Shown: piece after piece, positions 40,909 to 50,824 of the stretch
Numbering within the stretch: position 1 is the stretch's first letter
Layout: every line of letters starts with the position of its first letter
Source of the DNA: Isoptericola halotolerans
GTDB taxonomy: Bacteria; Actinomycetota; Actinomycetes; Actinomycetales; Cellulomonadaceae
DNA: 64,000 nucleotides
Direction of reading: 5' to 3'
Assembly: GCF_013149785.1 (NCBI RefSeq)
Contig: NZ_JABEZU010000001.1
Location: 434,001 to 498,000, forward strand
Notes under the pieces: model-generated
What the model saw: the letters and a program-made list of their open reading frames with translations, nothing else
Told to the model about the DNA's origin: nothing
The model's database searches: none
Program-made: the position numbers and the translations under genes

Positions 40909-41541
40909 ATGGACGATCGACCCAGGTTCCGCCGCCCGGCGATGCTCGACCCGCGCGACGCCGACGCGTTGCCCGGTGCGCTCGACCCCGCCCGCCGCGA
41001 CGAGGTCGCCCACACCACCGCCCGCGCGGTCGTGCACCAGGCGCGTGCCGCCGAGGACCCCGAGGTGGTGGCCCGCCTCGTGCGGCTCGTCGAGGACGAG
41101 GGGCTCGACGTCGTCGCCGAGCTCTGGTCCGACGCCGCGCCGGCCACCCTGCCCGGGGCGCTCTGGAGGCTGTACGCCCTGCGGGAGTGGGTGCGCCGGG
41201 ACCCTCGCACCATCGGGCTGCGCTACCGGCTGGGCGTCGACGCCGCGCCCGTCCAGGAGGCCGTGGCCGGGGTGCCTCGCCCGCCCACGCCGTCGGACCT
41301 GCGAGAGCTCGCCGACACGGTGCTGTCCGGGGTGTACTCCGGCGACCTCGCCGTCGCCCTCGAACGGGCGGCGGCCTTCTGTCGGATCCTGGCGACCGGT
41401 GCCGCCTACGACGCCGACGTCCGCGAGGTCGCCGACCCCGACGCCGCGGCCCGGATGACGCGCGGTGCCGCCGACCTGGTGGGGACCGCCCTCGAGCTCG
41501 AGCACGCGGCGGCGCTCTGGCGTGCGGGTTCGCTCGACTGA
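40909..41541 (+). CDS. Conserved hypothetical helical protein
   Basis: Strong codon bias; GLDVVAELWS..PATLPGALWRLY and GDLAVALERAAAF; no motif I can assign. Confidence 0.75.
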   Translation: MDDRPRFRRPAMLDPRDADALPGALDPARRDEVAHTTARAVVHQARAAEDPEVVARLVRLVEDEGLDVVAELWSDAAPATLPGALWRLYALREWVRRDPRTIGLRYRLGVDAAPVQEAVAGVPRPPTPSDLRELADTVLSGVYSGDLAVALERAAAFCRILATGAAYDADVREVADPDAAARMTRGAADLVGTALELEHAAALWRAGSLD

Positions 41542-41565
41542 CGGTCCCGCCCTTACGATGGACGG

Positions 41566-41652
41566 GCGGCGTCGGGCCGCGGTAGCCCCGGGCTCCATCT
41601 TGAGCCGCTTCGAGCGGCCACGCGCCGAGAGGCGCTCCCGGTCCGGCGTCGC
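41566..41652 (+). ncRNA. Candidate structured small RNA (four-way junction)
   Basis: TACGAT -10 at 41554-41559; 14-bp closing stem 41566-41579/41639-41652 enclosing three hairpins; pyrimidine tail. Confidence 0.65.
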
Positions 41653-41761
41653 ACTCTTCTCCCGTCCGGGGTCGAGCCACTCCGCAGACGGATTTAGCCC
41701 GGCCGCGAGGCGGGATCTACTCTGTGACTGACCGAGCGTCCTTCCTCACCGGGAGCCTCAC

Positions 41762-42382
41762 GTGCGCCTGCGCCTCACCCCGCGCGACACCACCTTCTTC
41801 GACCTGCTGGCCGTCCTCGCCGGCCACACCGTCACCGGCGCCACGCTGCTCGCCGAGCTCCTCGGTGCGTCGCGTCCCGAACGCGAGCAGATCGTCGAGC
41901 GGCTCACGGAGGCGGAGCACGAGGCCGACGAGGCGACCCACTCGATCATGCGGCGGCTCAACAAGACGTTCGTCACGCCCTTCGGTCGGGACGAGATCTA
42001 CAGCCTGGCGTCCGCGCTGGACGACTGCATGGACGCCATGGACGAGGCCGGGCAGCTGATCGTGCTGTACAAGATCGACGAGCTGCCGATGGCGGTCTCC
42101 GAGCAGATCCAGGTGCTGCTGCGCTGTGCCGAGCTGACCGCCGACGCGATGCCTCGGCTGCGCAAGCTGGACGAGCTGCCCGAGTACTGGGTGGAGATCA
42201 ACCGGCTGGAGAACCAGGGCGACAGGCTGCACCGCACGCTGCTCGCCCACCTGTTCGACCGGGTGGCCGACCCCATCCTGCTGATCAAGCTCAAGGAGGT
42301 CGTGGACATCCTCGAGGAGGCCACCGACGCCTTCGAGAAGGTGGCGAACCTCGTCGAGACGATCGTCCTCAAGGAGTCGTGA
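41762..42382 (+). CDS. DUF47 / Pit accessory protein (PhoU-like)
   Basis: FFDL, EHEADE.TH, TFVTPFGRDEI and INRLENQGD. Confidence 0.92.
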   Translation: MRLRLTPRDTTFFDLLAVLAGHTVTGATLLAELLGASRPEREQIVERLTEAEHEADEATHSIMRRLNKTFVTPFGRDEIYSLASALDDCMDAMDEAGQLIVLYKIDELPMAVSEQIQVLLRCAELTADAMPRLRKLDELPEYWVEINRLENQGDRLHRTLLAHLFDRVADPILLIKLKEVVDILEEATDAFEKVANLVETIVLKES

Positions 42383-43389
42383 GCGTGGAGCTCGCACTCG
42401 TCGTCCTGGTCGTCGCCGTGGCACTCGGCTTCGCCTACACGAACGGGTTCCTCGACGCGGCGAACTCGGTGGCGACGTCGATCTCGACGCGGGCGCTCAC
42501 GCCCCGCATCGCCGTCGCGATGGCGGCCGCGATGAACTTCATCGGCGCCCTCCTCGGCACCGCCGTCGCCGAGACGATCGCGACCTCGATCGTGGACCTG
42601 GACGGCGTGACGCCCGTGGACTCGCTCGTCGTCGTGCTGAGCGCCCTGCTCGGCGCGATCGTGTGGAACCTCGTCGCGTGGTGGTTCGGCATGCCGACGT
42701 CGTCGACCCACTCGCTCGTCGGCGGGCTCCTCGGGGCCGGGATCGCCGGTGGCATGACGGTGCACGCCGACGAGATCCTCGACCGGGTCGTGCTGCCCCT
42801 GCTGATCTCGCCCGTCGCCGGTTTCGTCGCGGCGTTCGCGCTCATGGTGGCCCTGCTGTGGATCTTCCGGAACGCGGCGCCGTCGCGCGTGAACCGGCGG
42901 TTCCGGATCGCGCAGACCGCCTCGGCGGCCGCCGTCGCCCTCGGCCACGGGCTGCAGTCGGCCCAGAAGACGATGGGTGTCGTCTGGCTGGCGCTGATGA
43001 CGATCGGCGCGGTGAGCCCGGTCGCCGGGATCCCGCTGTGGGTCAAGCTCGCGGCGGCGACGGCCCTCGCCGCGGGGACCTACGCCGGAGGGTGGCGCAT
43101 CATGCGGACCCTCGGTCGGCGCATCATCGAGATCGACCCGGCGCGCGGGTTCGTCGCCGAGTCCGTCTCGGCGATGGTGCTGTACGTCAGCTCGATCGTG
43201 CTGCACGCCCCGGTGTCCACCACGCACACCATCACGGCGGCGATCGTGGGTGTGGGATCCACCCGGCGGCTCTCCGCGGTCCGCTGGGGAGTGGCCCGGA
43301 CGATCGCCGCCTTCTGGCTGCTGACCGCGCCGACCGCGGCGCTCCTGGCGGCCGGGGCGACCTGGGCGCTGCTCCCGCTCGTCGGCTGA
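42379..43389 (+). CDS. pit: Inorganic phosphate transporter, PiT family
   Basis: YTNGFLDAAN, PTSSTH, HGLQSAQKTMG, GGWRIMRTLG and PVSTTH; GTGA coupling. Confidence 0.9.
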   Translation: MSVELALVVLVVAVALGFAYTNGFLDAANSVATSISTRALTPRIAVAMAAAMNFIGALLGTAVAETIATSIVDLDGVTPVDSLVVVLSALLGAIVWNLVAWWFGMPTSSTHSLVGGLLGAGIAGGMTVHADEILDRVVLPLLISPVAGFVAAFALMVALLWIFRNAAPSRVNRRFRIAQTASAAAVALGHGLQSAQKTMGVVWLALMTIGAVSPVAGIPLWVKLAAATALAAGTYAGGWRIMRTLGRRIIEIDPARGFVAESVSAMVLYVSSIVLHAPVSTTHTITAAIVGVGSTRRLSAVRWGVARTIAAFWLLTAPTAALLAAGATWALLPLVG

Positions 43390-43645
43390 CGCTCAGGGCC
43401 CGACATCTCGACTCTGGCGGTGCTCTACGAGCACGGCCTGCTCGGTGGGTGGGTGCGCTCCGAGCGTGGTCACGTCCACGTCCGCCAGGATGCCGTCCCG
43501 ACCAACGGCTTCAACGGGCCCGCCGGCTCGAAAGCCCCCACGAAGAGCTGGGCGTAGATTTCGCCGCCTTCCATTCGAGGCACGTAGTTGCTTCGGCGCG
43601 CTTCGGTTCTCCGCTGAACGGGTCAGTTCGGCGATCTCGCCCAGC

Positions 43646-44278
43646 TCACTCCGTCCTGGCCGAGGTGTTCCCCGCCGTGGTGGTTCCGTCGAACACCCAG
43701 TCGACGGCGATCCGCAGAGTCTCGGCATCGTCGAGAGGGCGGGTCGGTTCGGACGGGAGGGCCTGCGCGATGGAGATGCCGGTGACAACCGTGACGAGGA
43801 AGGTGGCCCGCCGGAGGTTGTCGCCCGGCGGGAGCGCCCCCTCGTCCTCGAGTCGGGTGAGGAGGTGCTCGATCCGACGTGCGATCTCGCGCTCGACCGC
43901 GAGATACTCCTCCCTCGTCTCGGGGGAGAGTGGCGTCTCGACGTAGCGGGTGAAGGTCTGGCGCCAGGCTTCCGCCGCATCGAAGTTGTCGGTGGGCGCG
44001 AGGATCGTGTGCAGGTACGCCATGACGCGGTCGCGCGCCGGGGCCGCGGTCCCGTCGAGGTCGCCCGTGCGCAGCGAGAAGTCGTACACCAGCTTCATCA
44101 CGGCGTTGATGAGTTCCCGCTGTGTCGGGAAATGGTGTCGCAGCGAGCCGACGCTCACGCCCGCCTTCGCCGCGACCGCGCGAACGCTCAGGGAAGCCCC
44201 GGGACCGTCTCCGAGCAATGAGGCCCCTGCCCAGAGGACACGGTCACGACTGTTCAAGCCCTCGGGCATCTCGCTCAT
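43646..44278 (-). CDS. TetR-family regulator
   Basis: LSVRAVAAKAGVSVGSLRHHFPT..EL. Confidence 0.9.
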   Translation of the reverse strand: MSEMPEGLNSRDRVLWAGASLLGDGPGASLSVRAVAAKAGVSVGSLRHHFPTQRELINAVMKLVYDFSLRTGDLDGTAAPARDRVMAYLHTILAPTDNFDAAEAWRQTFTRYVETPLSPETREEYLAVEREIARRIEHLLTRLEDEGALPPGDNLRRATFLVTVVTGISIAQALPSEPTRPLDDAETLRIAVDWVFDGTTTAGNTSARTE

Positions 44279-44287
44279 GCGGCCCCT

Positions 44288-44347
44288 CCAATACACCGTA
44301 CTAGTTTCTGTGGTACGTTCGCTGCTCAGACTAGTACACCGTATTGG
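44288..44347. promoter_or_regulatory. Two 17-bp TetR operator palindromes in the divergent promoter
   Basis: CCAATACACCGTACTAG (44288-44304) and CTAGTACACCGTATTGG (44331-44347); consensus CYARTAC-ACC-GTAYTRG. Confidence 0.75.
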
Positions 44348-44375
44348 TTCTTACGCATTCAGGGAGCAGATCGCC

Positions 44376-45296
44376 ATGGAACACCCCACCACGCCCGTCG
44401 AGTACCACCGCGGGCTCGTCAGTGACGAGCGGCGTATCGGCCGCGGCATCCTCGCCATCGCCCTGCTCCTCGGGGGCATGCAGGTCTTCATCCTCGGGCT
44501 CGTCATCGTCGCCGCTCTGATCGATGCGGCGCTCGGAACCGAGGCCCGGTCCGGGTACACCCCCCTCGTCAACGCCGCCGGCGCATTCGCGGTCGCGCTG
44601 CTGATCCCGTGGAGCATGCTGATCCAGCGCTGGCTCTACGGGGTGCGCGGCGGTTCGCTGTCGTCGGTGCTGGGCCACTTCCGCTTCGACCTCTTCGGTC
44701 GCGCCCTCATGATCCTCGTTCCGGTGATCGTCGTGGTCCAGGTCGTCTACTACTGGGCGCCGTTCCCGCAGACGACCTGGGCGTGGCACGACCTCCTCCT
44801 TCTCGTCGCGACGGCTCTCGTCCTGACACCGTTCCAGGCCGCGGGCGAGGAGTACGGCTTCCGCGGACTCATCCTCCGCGTCGTCGGCAGTTGGACGCGC
44901 AACGCCCGGCTCGGACTCGTGCTCGCGATCACCGTCTCGAGTGTGCTCTTCGCGCTGGTCCACTTCTCCACGAGCGGGCTGCTGAACGTCTGGTACCTCG
45001 TCTTCGCGGTCGGCACCGCATGGATCACCTGGCGCACCGGCGGGCTCGAGATCGCCATCGTGCTGCACGCCGTGTTCAACGCGACCCAGTTCGTCATCGA
45101 CGCGGCGCTCCAGATCGATCCGACCGTCGCGACCGACCGCTCCGCCGGAGCGATCGACCTCAGCGTGCTCATCCCCGTGCCGCTCATCATCGGCGCCGTC
45201 ATCGTCGTGGCGATCCGCACACGACGCACGGGGACGGTGCTGACGCCCAGCGCGCGCATGCAAGAGGACGGGGTCTCGGGGCATCGGTGGCCCTAG
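44376..45296 (+). CDS. CPBP (CAAX/Abi) family intramembrane metalloprotease
   Basis: QAAGEEYGFRG, FALVH and TGGLEIAIVLHAVFN; AGGGAG RBS. Confidence 0.9.
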   Translation: MEHPTTPVEYHRGLVSDERRIGRGILAIALLLGGMQVFILGLVIVAALIDAALGTEARSGYTPLVNAAGAFAVALLIPWSMLIQRWLYGVRGGSLSSVLGHFRFDLFGRALMILVPVIVVVQVVYYWAPFPQTTWAWHDLLLLVATALVLTPFQAAGEEYGFRGLILRVVGSWTRNARLGLVLAITVSSVLFALVHFSTSGLLNVWYLVFAVGTAWITWRTGGLEIAIVLHAVFNATQFVIDAALQIDPTVATDRSAGAIDLSVLIPVPLIIGAVIVVAIRTRRTGTVLTPSARMQEDGVSGHRWP

Positions 45297-45490
45297 GCAA
45301 GTGTCCGGTGAATCGCGGAGCCAGAGCACGGCGGCGTCGTCCTTGACCTGTGCCACGACGAAGGCCACCGGCAGCGAGATGACGGCACCAAGCTGGCCGA
45401 GCCGAAGGGTCATCGCAGCAGCCTAGAGGCCGGAGCCGAAGAACCGCCCGGTGAGGCCCTCGTCGCCGCGGAAGGGCTCCACGGGTCAGT

Positions 45491-46264
45491 TCAACGTCCC
45501 CGCGCACCGAGCCGTGCGCTGATCGTCTCGGCCGCCCGGGCGACCTGGCGGGCGAGCCGGTCACGTTCGACGGACCCGTGGTCCTGTGCGCGGAACGTCA
45601 GCGCGAGCCCGGCGACGGGCCGGTGGAGGTGGTCGACGACGACGTCGGCCACGGACGCGAACCCGGCTGACACCTCGCCGTCCTCCATGGCGTAGCCACG
45701 GCGGCGCGTCTCGCGCAGGACGGCGCGCAGCTCGCTGAGCGAGCGGGGCCCCCGGCCGGTGCGGTCGCTGAAGGAGCCGGCGGTCGGATAGGCGGCCCGG
45801 ACCTGTGCGGCCGGCAGCCGGGCGAGCACGGCACGTCCCGACGCCGTCAGGTGCGCCGGCAGCCGCACGTCGACGTCGCTCACCAGCGGCGGCCGGCCCG
45901 CTGCCCGCTGTTCGATGAGGTAGAGGACCTCGCGGTCGTTGAGCAGGGCGAGATGCCCGTTCTCCCCGGTGGTCTCCACCAGGTGTGCGACGACCGGGCG
46001 GGCCAGGCGCGTCATCGGCGCCTGGCGCGCGTAGGCCGAGCCCAGCCCCAGCGTCGCTACTCCGAGGCCGTAGCGGCGCTCCTCGGCGACATGGGTCACG
46101 AACCCTTCGTCGGCCAGCACGGACAACAGGTGGTACGTCGTCGACCGGGGCAGCCCGAGGCTGGACGCGATGGCCGAGGCGGGAACCGGGCCGGGCTGGG
46201 CCGCCAGGTACGCCAGGAGCCGGACCGCCGAGCGGGCGGCGGGCACGTCGCTGCTACCGGCCAT
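45491..46264 (-). CDS. IclR-family regulator of the hut cluster (HutR-like)
   Basis: LGLPRSTTYHLL, RLPAHLTASGRA and RRRGYA; divergent from hutH. Confidence 0.9.
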   Translation of the reverse strand: MAGSSDVPAARSAVRLLAYLAAQPGPVPASAIASSLGLPRSTTYHLLSVLADEGFVTHVAEERRYGLGVATLGLGSAYARQAPMTRLARPVVAHLVETTGENGHLALLNDREVLYLIEQRAAGRPPLVSDVDVRLPAHLTASGRAVLARLPAAQVRAAYPTAGSFSDRTGRGPRSLSELRAVLRETRRRGYAMEDGEVSAGFASVADVVVDHLHRPVAGLALTFRAQDHGSVERDRLARQVARAAETISARLGARGR

Positions 46265-46278
46265 GATCCGCTCCTTGA

Positions 46279-46294
46279 GTCTGGTATCTCAGAC
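46279..46294. promoter_or_regulatory. HutR-type operator
   Basis: GTCTG-GTATCT-CAGAC palindrome between the iclR gene and hutH. Confidence 0.7.
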
Positions 46295-46348
46295 ACTATC
46301 GCCCCGTCGGGCCTCCTGCGGGCGCCCTCGCAGGTGTGCGATGAGGAG

Positions 46349-47917
46349 ATGAGCCGCATCCCCGCCGTGGTGCTGGACGGCACCGTGCTGACCGTCGAGC
46401 AGGTCGTGGCCGTCGCCCGCCACGGTGCCTCCGTCACCGTGTCCGAGCAGGTCCGGGAGTCGATGGCCGCCACTCGCGCCGTCATCGAGGACCTCGCTGA
46501 CGACACCCGCCCGCACTACGGCGTCTCGACCGGGTTCGGTGCCCTGGCACGTCGTCACATCCCCACCGAGCGGCGCGCCCAGCTCCAGCTCAGCCTCGTG
46601 CGTTCGCACGCTGCCGGTTCCGGCCCGGAGGTCGAGACGGAGGTCGTCCGCGCCCTGCAGCTCCTGCGCCTGGCCACCCTGGCCACTGGTCGCACCGGTG
46701 CCCGCCCCGTCGTCGCCGAGACCTACGCCGCGATGCTCGACGCCCGCCTGACGCCCGTGGTGCACGAGTACGGCTCCCTCGGCTGCTCGGGCGACCTCGC
46801 GCCGCTGGCGCACGTCGCGCTCGCGGCGCTCGGCGAGGGTCAGGTGCGCGACGCCGACGGCGCGCTGCGCCCGGCCGGTGCGGCGCTCGCCGAGGCAGGG
46901 ATCGACCCGCTGGTGCTCGCCGAGAAGGAGGGCCTCGCCCTCATCAACGGCACCGACGGCATGCTCGGCCAGCTCTGCCTGGCACTGCACGACCTGCGCC
47001 GGCTGATGGCCGCGGCCGACGTCGCGGCGGCGCTCAGCGTCGAGGCCCTGCTCGGGTCGGACGCGCCCTTCGCCGCCGACCTCGTCGCCCTGCGACCGCA
47101 CCCCGGCCAGGGCGTCTCCGCGGCGAACCTGCGCCGGATGGTGGCCGGCTCGCCGCTCATGGCCAGTCACCGCGCAGTGCACGACGACGGCACCCCGGTG
47201 TGCACCCGCGTGCAGGACGCGTACTCGCTGCGCTGCGCCCCGCAGGTGCACGGCGCCGCCCGCGACACCGTCGACCACGCCGCCGCCGTCGCGGCGCGGG
47301 AGCTCGCCGCCGCGATCGACAACCCGGTGGTCACGGTCGACGGGCGCGTCGAGTCCAACGGGAACTTCCACGGGGCACCGGTCGCCTACGCCCTGGACTT
47401 CCTGGCCATCGCCGTGGCCGACGTCGCCGGCATCTCCGAGCGACGGACCGACCGGTTCCTCGACGTCGCCCGCAACGAAGGGCTGCCGCCGTTCCTCGCC
47501 GACGACCCCGGGGTGGACTCCGGGCACATGATCGCCCAGTACACCGCGGCGGGCATCGTCTCGGAGCTCAAGCGGCTCGCTGCACCGGCGAGCGTCGACT
47601 CGATCCCGTCGTCGGCCATGCAGGAGGACCACGTCTCGATGGGCTGGGCGGCGGCCCGCAAGCTGCGTCGCGGCGTCGACGGCCTGGGGCGCGTGCTGGC
47701 GATCGAGATCCTCACCGCCACCCGTGCCCTCGACCTGCGCGGCACCGAGACGGTGCCGGCCGCGGGGACCGCCGCGGTGCGTGACCTGGTGCGCTCGCAC
47801 GTCGCCGGGCCGGGCCCCGACCGGTACCTGGCCCCCGAGATCGAGGCCGTCGTCCGCCTCGTCACCGACGGCGCCGTCGTCGACGCCGCCGCGGCCGCGG
47901 TCGGCGAGATCGGCTGA
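46349..47917 (+). CDS. hutH: Histidine ammonia-lyase
   Basis: [42 protein letters not shown] and QEDHVSMG. Confidence 0.96.
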   Translation: MSRIPAVVLDGTVLTVEQVVAVARHGASVTVSEQVRESMAATRAVIEDLADDTRPHYGVSTGFGALARRHIPTERRAQLQLSLVRSHAAGSGPEVETEVVRALQLLRLATLATGRTGARPVVAETYAAMLDARLTPVVHEYGSLGCSGDLAPLAHVALAALGEGQVRDADGALRPAGAALAEAGIDPLVLAEKEGLALINGTDGMLGQLCLALHDLRRLMAAADVAAALSVEALLGSDAPFAADLVALRPHPGQGVSAANLRRMVAGSPLMASHRAVHDDGTPVCTRVQDAYSLRCAPQVHGAARDTVDHAAAVAARELAAAIDNPVVTVDGRVESNGNFHGAPVAYALDFLAIAVADVAGISERRTDRFLDVARNEGLPPFLADDPGVDSGHMIAQYTAAGIVSELKRLAAPASVDSIPSSAMQEDHVSMGWAAARKLRRGVDGLGRVLAIEILTATRALDLRGTETVPAAGTAAVRDLVRSHVAGPGPDRYLAPEIEAVVRLVTDGAVVDAAAAAVGEIG

Positions 47918-47942
47918 CCACCACCACCCGAGGAGTCCAGCG

Positions 47943-49616
47943 ATGACCACCTACGACCGCGGGACCCCCGTCCCGGTGCGGGCCCCCCGCGGCACGACGC
48001 TCACCGCACGCAGCTGGCAGACCGAGGCGCCGCTGCGCATGCTCATGAACAACCTCGACCCCGAGGTCGCCGAGCGGCCTGACGACCTCGTCGTCTACGG
48101 CGGCACCGGCCGCGCGGTGCGCGACTGGCCCAGCTATCACGCCATCGTGCGCACGCTCACGGACCTGCGCGACGACGAGACCCTGCTCGTGCAGTCCGGC
48201 AAACCGGTCGGCGTGCTGCGCACCCACGAGTGGGCCCCCCGGGTCCTTCTCGCGAACTCCCACCTCGTGGGCGACTGGGCCACCTGGCTCGAGTTCCGCC
48301 GTCTGGAACAGCTCGGGCTGACGATGTACGGGCAGATGACCGCCGGTTCGTGGATCTACATCGGTGCGCAGGGGATCCTGCAGGGCACGTACGAGACGCT
48401 CGCCGCGGTGGCCGCCCAGCGGGTCGGCGGCACGCTCGCCGGCACGCTGACCGTCACCGGCGGGTGCGGGGGCATGGGCGGTGCCCAGCCGCTCGCCGTC
48501 ACGCTCAACGGCGGGGTGTGCCTCGTGGTCGACGTCGACCGCTCGCGGCTGGAGCGGCGCGTGCGCGAACGCTACCTCGACGTCGTCGCGGACTCGCTCG
48601 ACGACGCCGTGCGGCAGGCGCTCGCCGCCAAGGCCGCCGCACGGCCGCTGTCCGTAGGACTGGTCGGCAACAGCGCCGAGGTGCTGCCCCTCCTGCTGCG
48701 CCGCGGCGTCGAGGCCGACGTGGTCACCGACCAGACCTCCGCCCACGACCCGTTGTCCTACCTGCCCCTCGGGGTGGACCTGGCGGACTGGCACGAGTAC
48801 GCCGCCACGAAGCCCGAGGAGCTCACCGACCGGGCCCGCGAGTCCATGGCGCGGCACGTCGAGGCGATGGTCGGATACCTCGACGCCGGCGCGGAGGTCT
48901 TCGACTACGGCAACTCGATCCGCGACGAGGCGCGGCTCGGCGGCTACGGGCGGGCGTTCGACATCCCGGGGTTCGTGCCGGCCTACATCCGCCCGCTGTT
49001 CGCCCAGGGCAAGGGACCGTTCCGCTGGGCCGCGCTCTCGGGCGACCCGCGGGACATCGCCGTCACCGACGCCGCGGTGCTCGACCTGTTCGACGACGAC
49101 CACCTGCACCGATGGATCCGGGCTGCCCAGGACAAGGTCGCCTTCCAGGGCCTGCCCGCACGCATCTGCTGGCTCGGCCACGGGGAGCGCGACCGGGCCG
49201 GCCTGCGCTTCAACGAGCTGGTCGCCTCCGGCGAGATCAGCGCGCCGATCGTCATCGGCCGTGACCACCTCGACTCCGGGTCGGTGGCGTCCCCGTATCG
49301 CGAGACGGAGGCGATGGCCGACGGTTCCGACGCGATCGCCGACTGGCCCCTGCTCAACGCGCTGGTCAACACCGCCTCGGGCGCCACCTGGGTGTCCCTG
49401 CACCACGGTGGCGGCGTCGGCATGGGCCGGTCGATCCACGCCGGGCAGGTCACCGTCGCCGACGGCACCGAGCTCGCGGCCCGCAAGCTCGAGCGCGTGC
49501 TGTCCAACGACCCGGCGACGGGTGTCCTGCGGCACGCCGACGCCGGGTATCCCGACGCCGTCGCGGCCGCGGAGCGGGGCGGACTCACCCGGCCGATGAC
49601 GGAGGATCGCCCATGA
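47943..49616 (+). CDS. hutU: Urocanate hydratase
   Basis: [42 protein letters not shown] and HHGGGVG. Confidence 0.96.
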   Translation: MTTYDRGTPVPVRAPRGTTLTARSWQTEAPLRMLMNNLDPEVAERPDDLVVYGGTGRAVRDWPSYHAIVRTLTDLRDDETLLVQSGKPVGVLRTHEWAPRVLLANSHLVGDWATWLEFRRLEQLGLTMYGQMTAGSWIYIGAQGILQGTYETLAAVAAQRVGGTLAGTLTVTGGCGGMGGAQPLAVTLNGGVCLVVDVDRSRLERRVRERYLDVVADSLDDAVRQALAAKAAARPLSVGLVGNSAEVLPLLLRRGVEADVVTDQTSAHDPLSYLPLGVDLADWHEYAATKPEELTDRARESMARHVEAMVGYLDAGAEVFDYGNSIRDEARLGGYGRAFDIPGFVPAYIRPLFAQGKGPFRWAALSGDPRDIAVTDAAVLDLFDDDHLHRWIRAAQDKVAFQGLPARICWLGHGERDRAGLRFNELVASGEISAPIVIGRDHLDSGSVASPYRETEAMADGSDAIADWPLLNALVNTASGATWVSLHHGGGVGMGRSIHAGQVTVADGTELAARKLERVLSNDPATGVLRHADAGYPDAVAAAERGGLTRPMTEDRP

Positions 49617-50824
49617 GCTGCGTCACCGGTCTGCTGAAGGACGTCGCCGACGTCGGACGGGCCACCGCGGGCGGATACGCCAGGTTCGCGTGGACCACGC
49701 CCGACCTGGAGCTGCGCGAGTGGTTCGCCGCCGAGGCGGCCGCGCGCGGGCTGGACGTCGTCGTCGACCGGGCGGGGAACCAGTGGGCCTGGTGGGGGGA
49801 CCCGGACGCGGACGGCCCCGGCGTCGTCACCGGCAGCCACCTCGACTCCGTACCGGGCGGCGGAGCGTTCGACGGGCCGCTCGGCGTCGCCTCCGCCTTC
49901 TGCGCGATCGATGCCCTGCGTGCGCACGGCGTGCAGCCGTCCCGCCCGCTCGGCATCGTGAGCTTCTCCGACGAGGAGGGCGCTCGCTTCGGCCTCGCCT
50001 GCCTCGGGTCGCGGGCGGTGACCGGCACGGTGGCAGCCGGGCGGCTGCTCGGGCTGCGCGACGACGACGGCGAGACGTTCGGCGACGTCCTGGCGGGCGC
50101 CGGCGTCGACCTGGCCCGCTACGGCCGTGACGACGAGGCGCTGGCCCGCATCGGCGTGTTCGTCGAGCTGCACGTGGAGCAGGGCCGGTACCTGGCAGAT
50201 CTCACCGGCACCGACGAGGCGCCCGTCGCGGTGGCGAGCACCATCTGGCCGCACGGCCGCTGGCGCGTCGACCTGCACGGCGAGGCGAACCACGCCGGCA
50301 CCACCCCGCTCGCGCACCGCCACGACCCGATGCTGGACCTGGCCGGCGTCGTCCAGGACGTGCGTGCCGCGGCCACGTCCGCCGGGGCCCTGGCCACCGT
50401 CGCCAAGGTCGCCGTCGAACCCAACGGGGTCAACGCCATCCCGTCGCGCGTGCGGGCGTGGATCGATGCGCGCGCCCCGCAGGAGGGTGCGGTGCGCGCC
50501 GTCCTCGCCGACCTGGCCGGTCACACCCCCGTCGAGGAGTCGTGGACGCCCGCCACCGTGTTCGACCCGGAGCTCGCGGCGCGTCTCGCCGCCGTCGTCG
50601 GCCGCCCGCGTTCCGGTGACCCGGCACCCGTGGTCGGGACGGGTGCCGGGCACGACGCCGGCATCCTGGCCGCCGCAGGCGTGCCCACCGCCATGCTGTT
50701 CGTGCGCAACCCCACCGGGGCGTCGCACACCCCGGCCGAGCACGCCGAGGACGCGGACTGCGAGGCCGGTGTCGTCGCGCTGACGCGGGTACTGGCCGAC
50801 CTGCTGCTCGGGGAGGCGCCATGA
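49613..50824 (+). CDS. M20-family Zn amidohydrolase (allantoate amidohydrolase-like)
   Basis: [37 protein letters not shown] and GAGHDA. Confidence 0.9.
   Translation: MSCVTGLLKDVADVGRATAGGYARFAWTTPDLELREWFAAEAAARGLDVVVDRAGNQWAWWGDPDADGPGVVTGSHLDSVPGGGAFDGPLGVASAFCAIDALRAHGVQPSRPLGIVSFSDEEGARFGLACLGSRAVTGTVAAGRLLGLRDDDGETFGDVLAGAGVDLARYGRDDEALARIGVFVELHVEQGRYLADLTGTDEAPVAVASTIWPHGRWRVDLHGEANHAGTTPLAHRHDPMLDLAGVVQDVRAAATSAGALATVAKVAVEPNGVNAIPSRVRAWIDARAPQEGAVRAVLADLAGHTPVEESWTPATVFDPELAARLAAVVGRPRSGDPAPVVGTGAGHDAGILAAAGVPTAMLFVRNPTGASHTPAEHAEDADCEAGVVALTRVLADLLLGEAP

Noticed and set aside
41566..41652. Calling the structured element a tRNA, SRP RNA or simple terminator
   Set aside because: No 7-bp acceptor stem or anticodon arm geometry, no SRP GGAA/AGCAG motif, and a multibranch interior with its own -10 does not fit a plain terminator; kept as an unassigned RNA candidate.
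48240..48300. HutU substitutions (ANSHLV and WATWLEF versus the more usual ANSNLV) as evidence of inactivation
   Set aside because: The ORF is intact and the NAD-binding and catalytic motifs are present; significance cannot be judged without an alignment.
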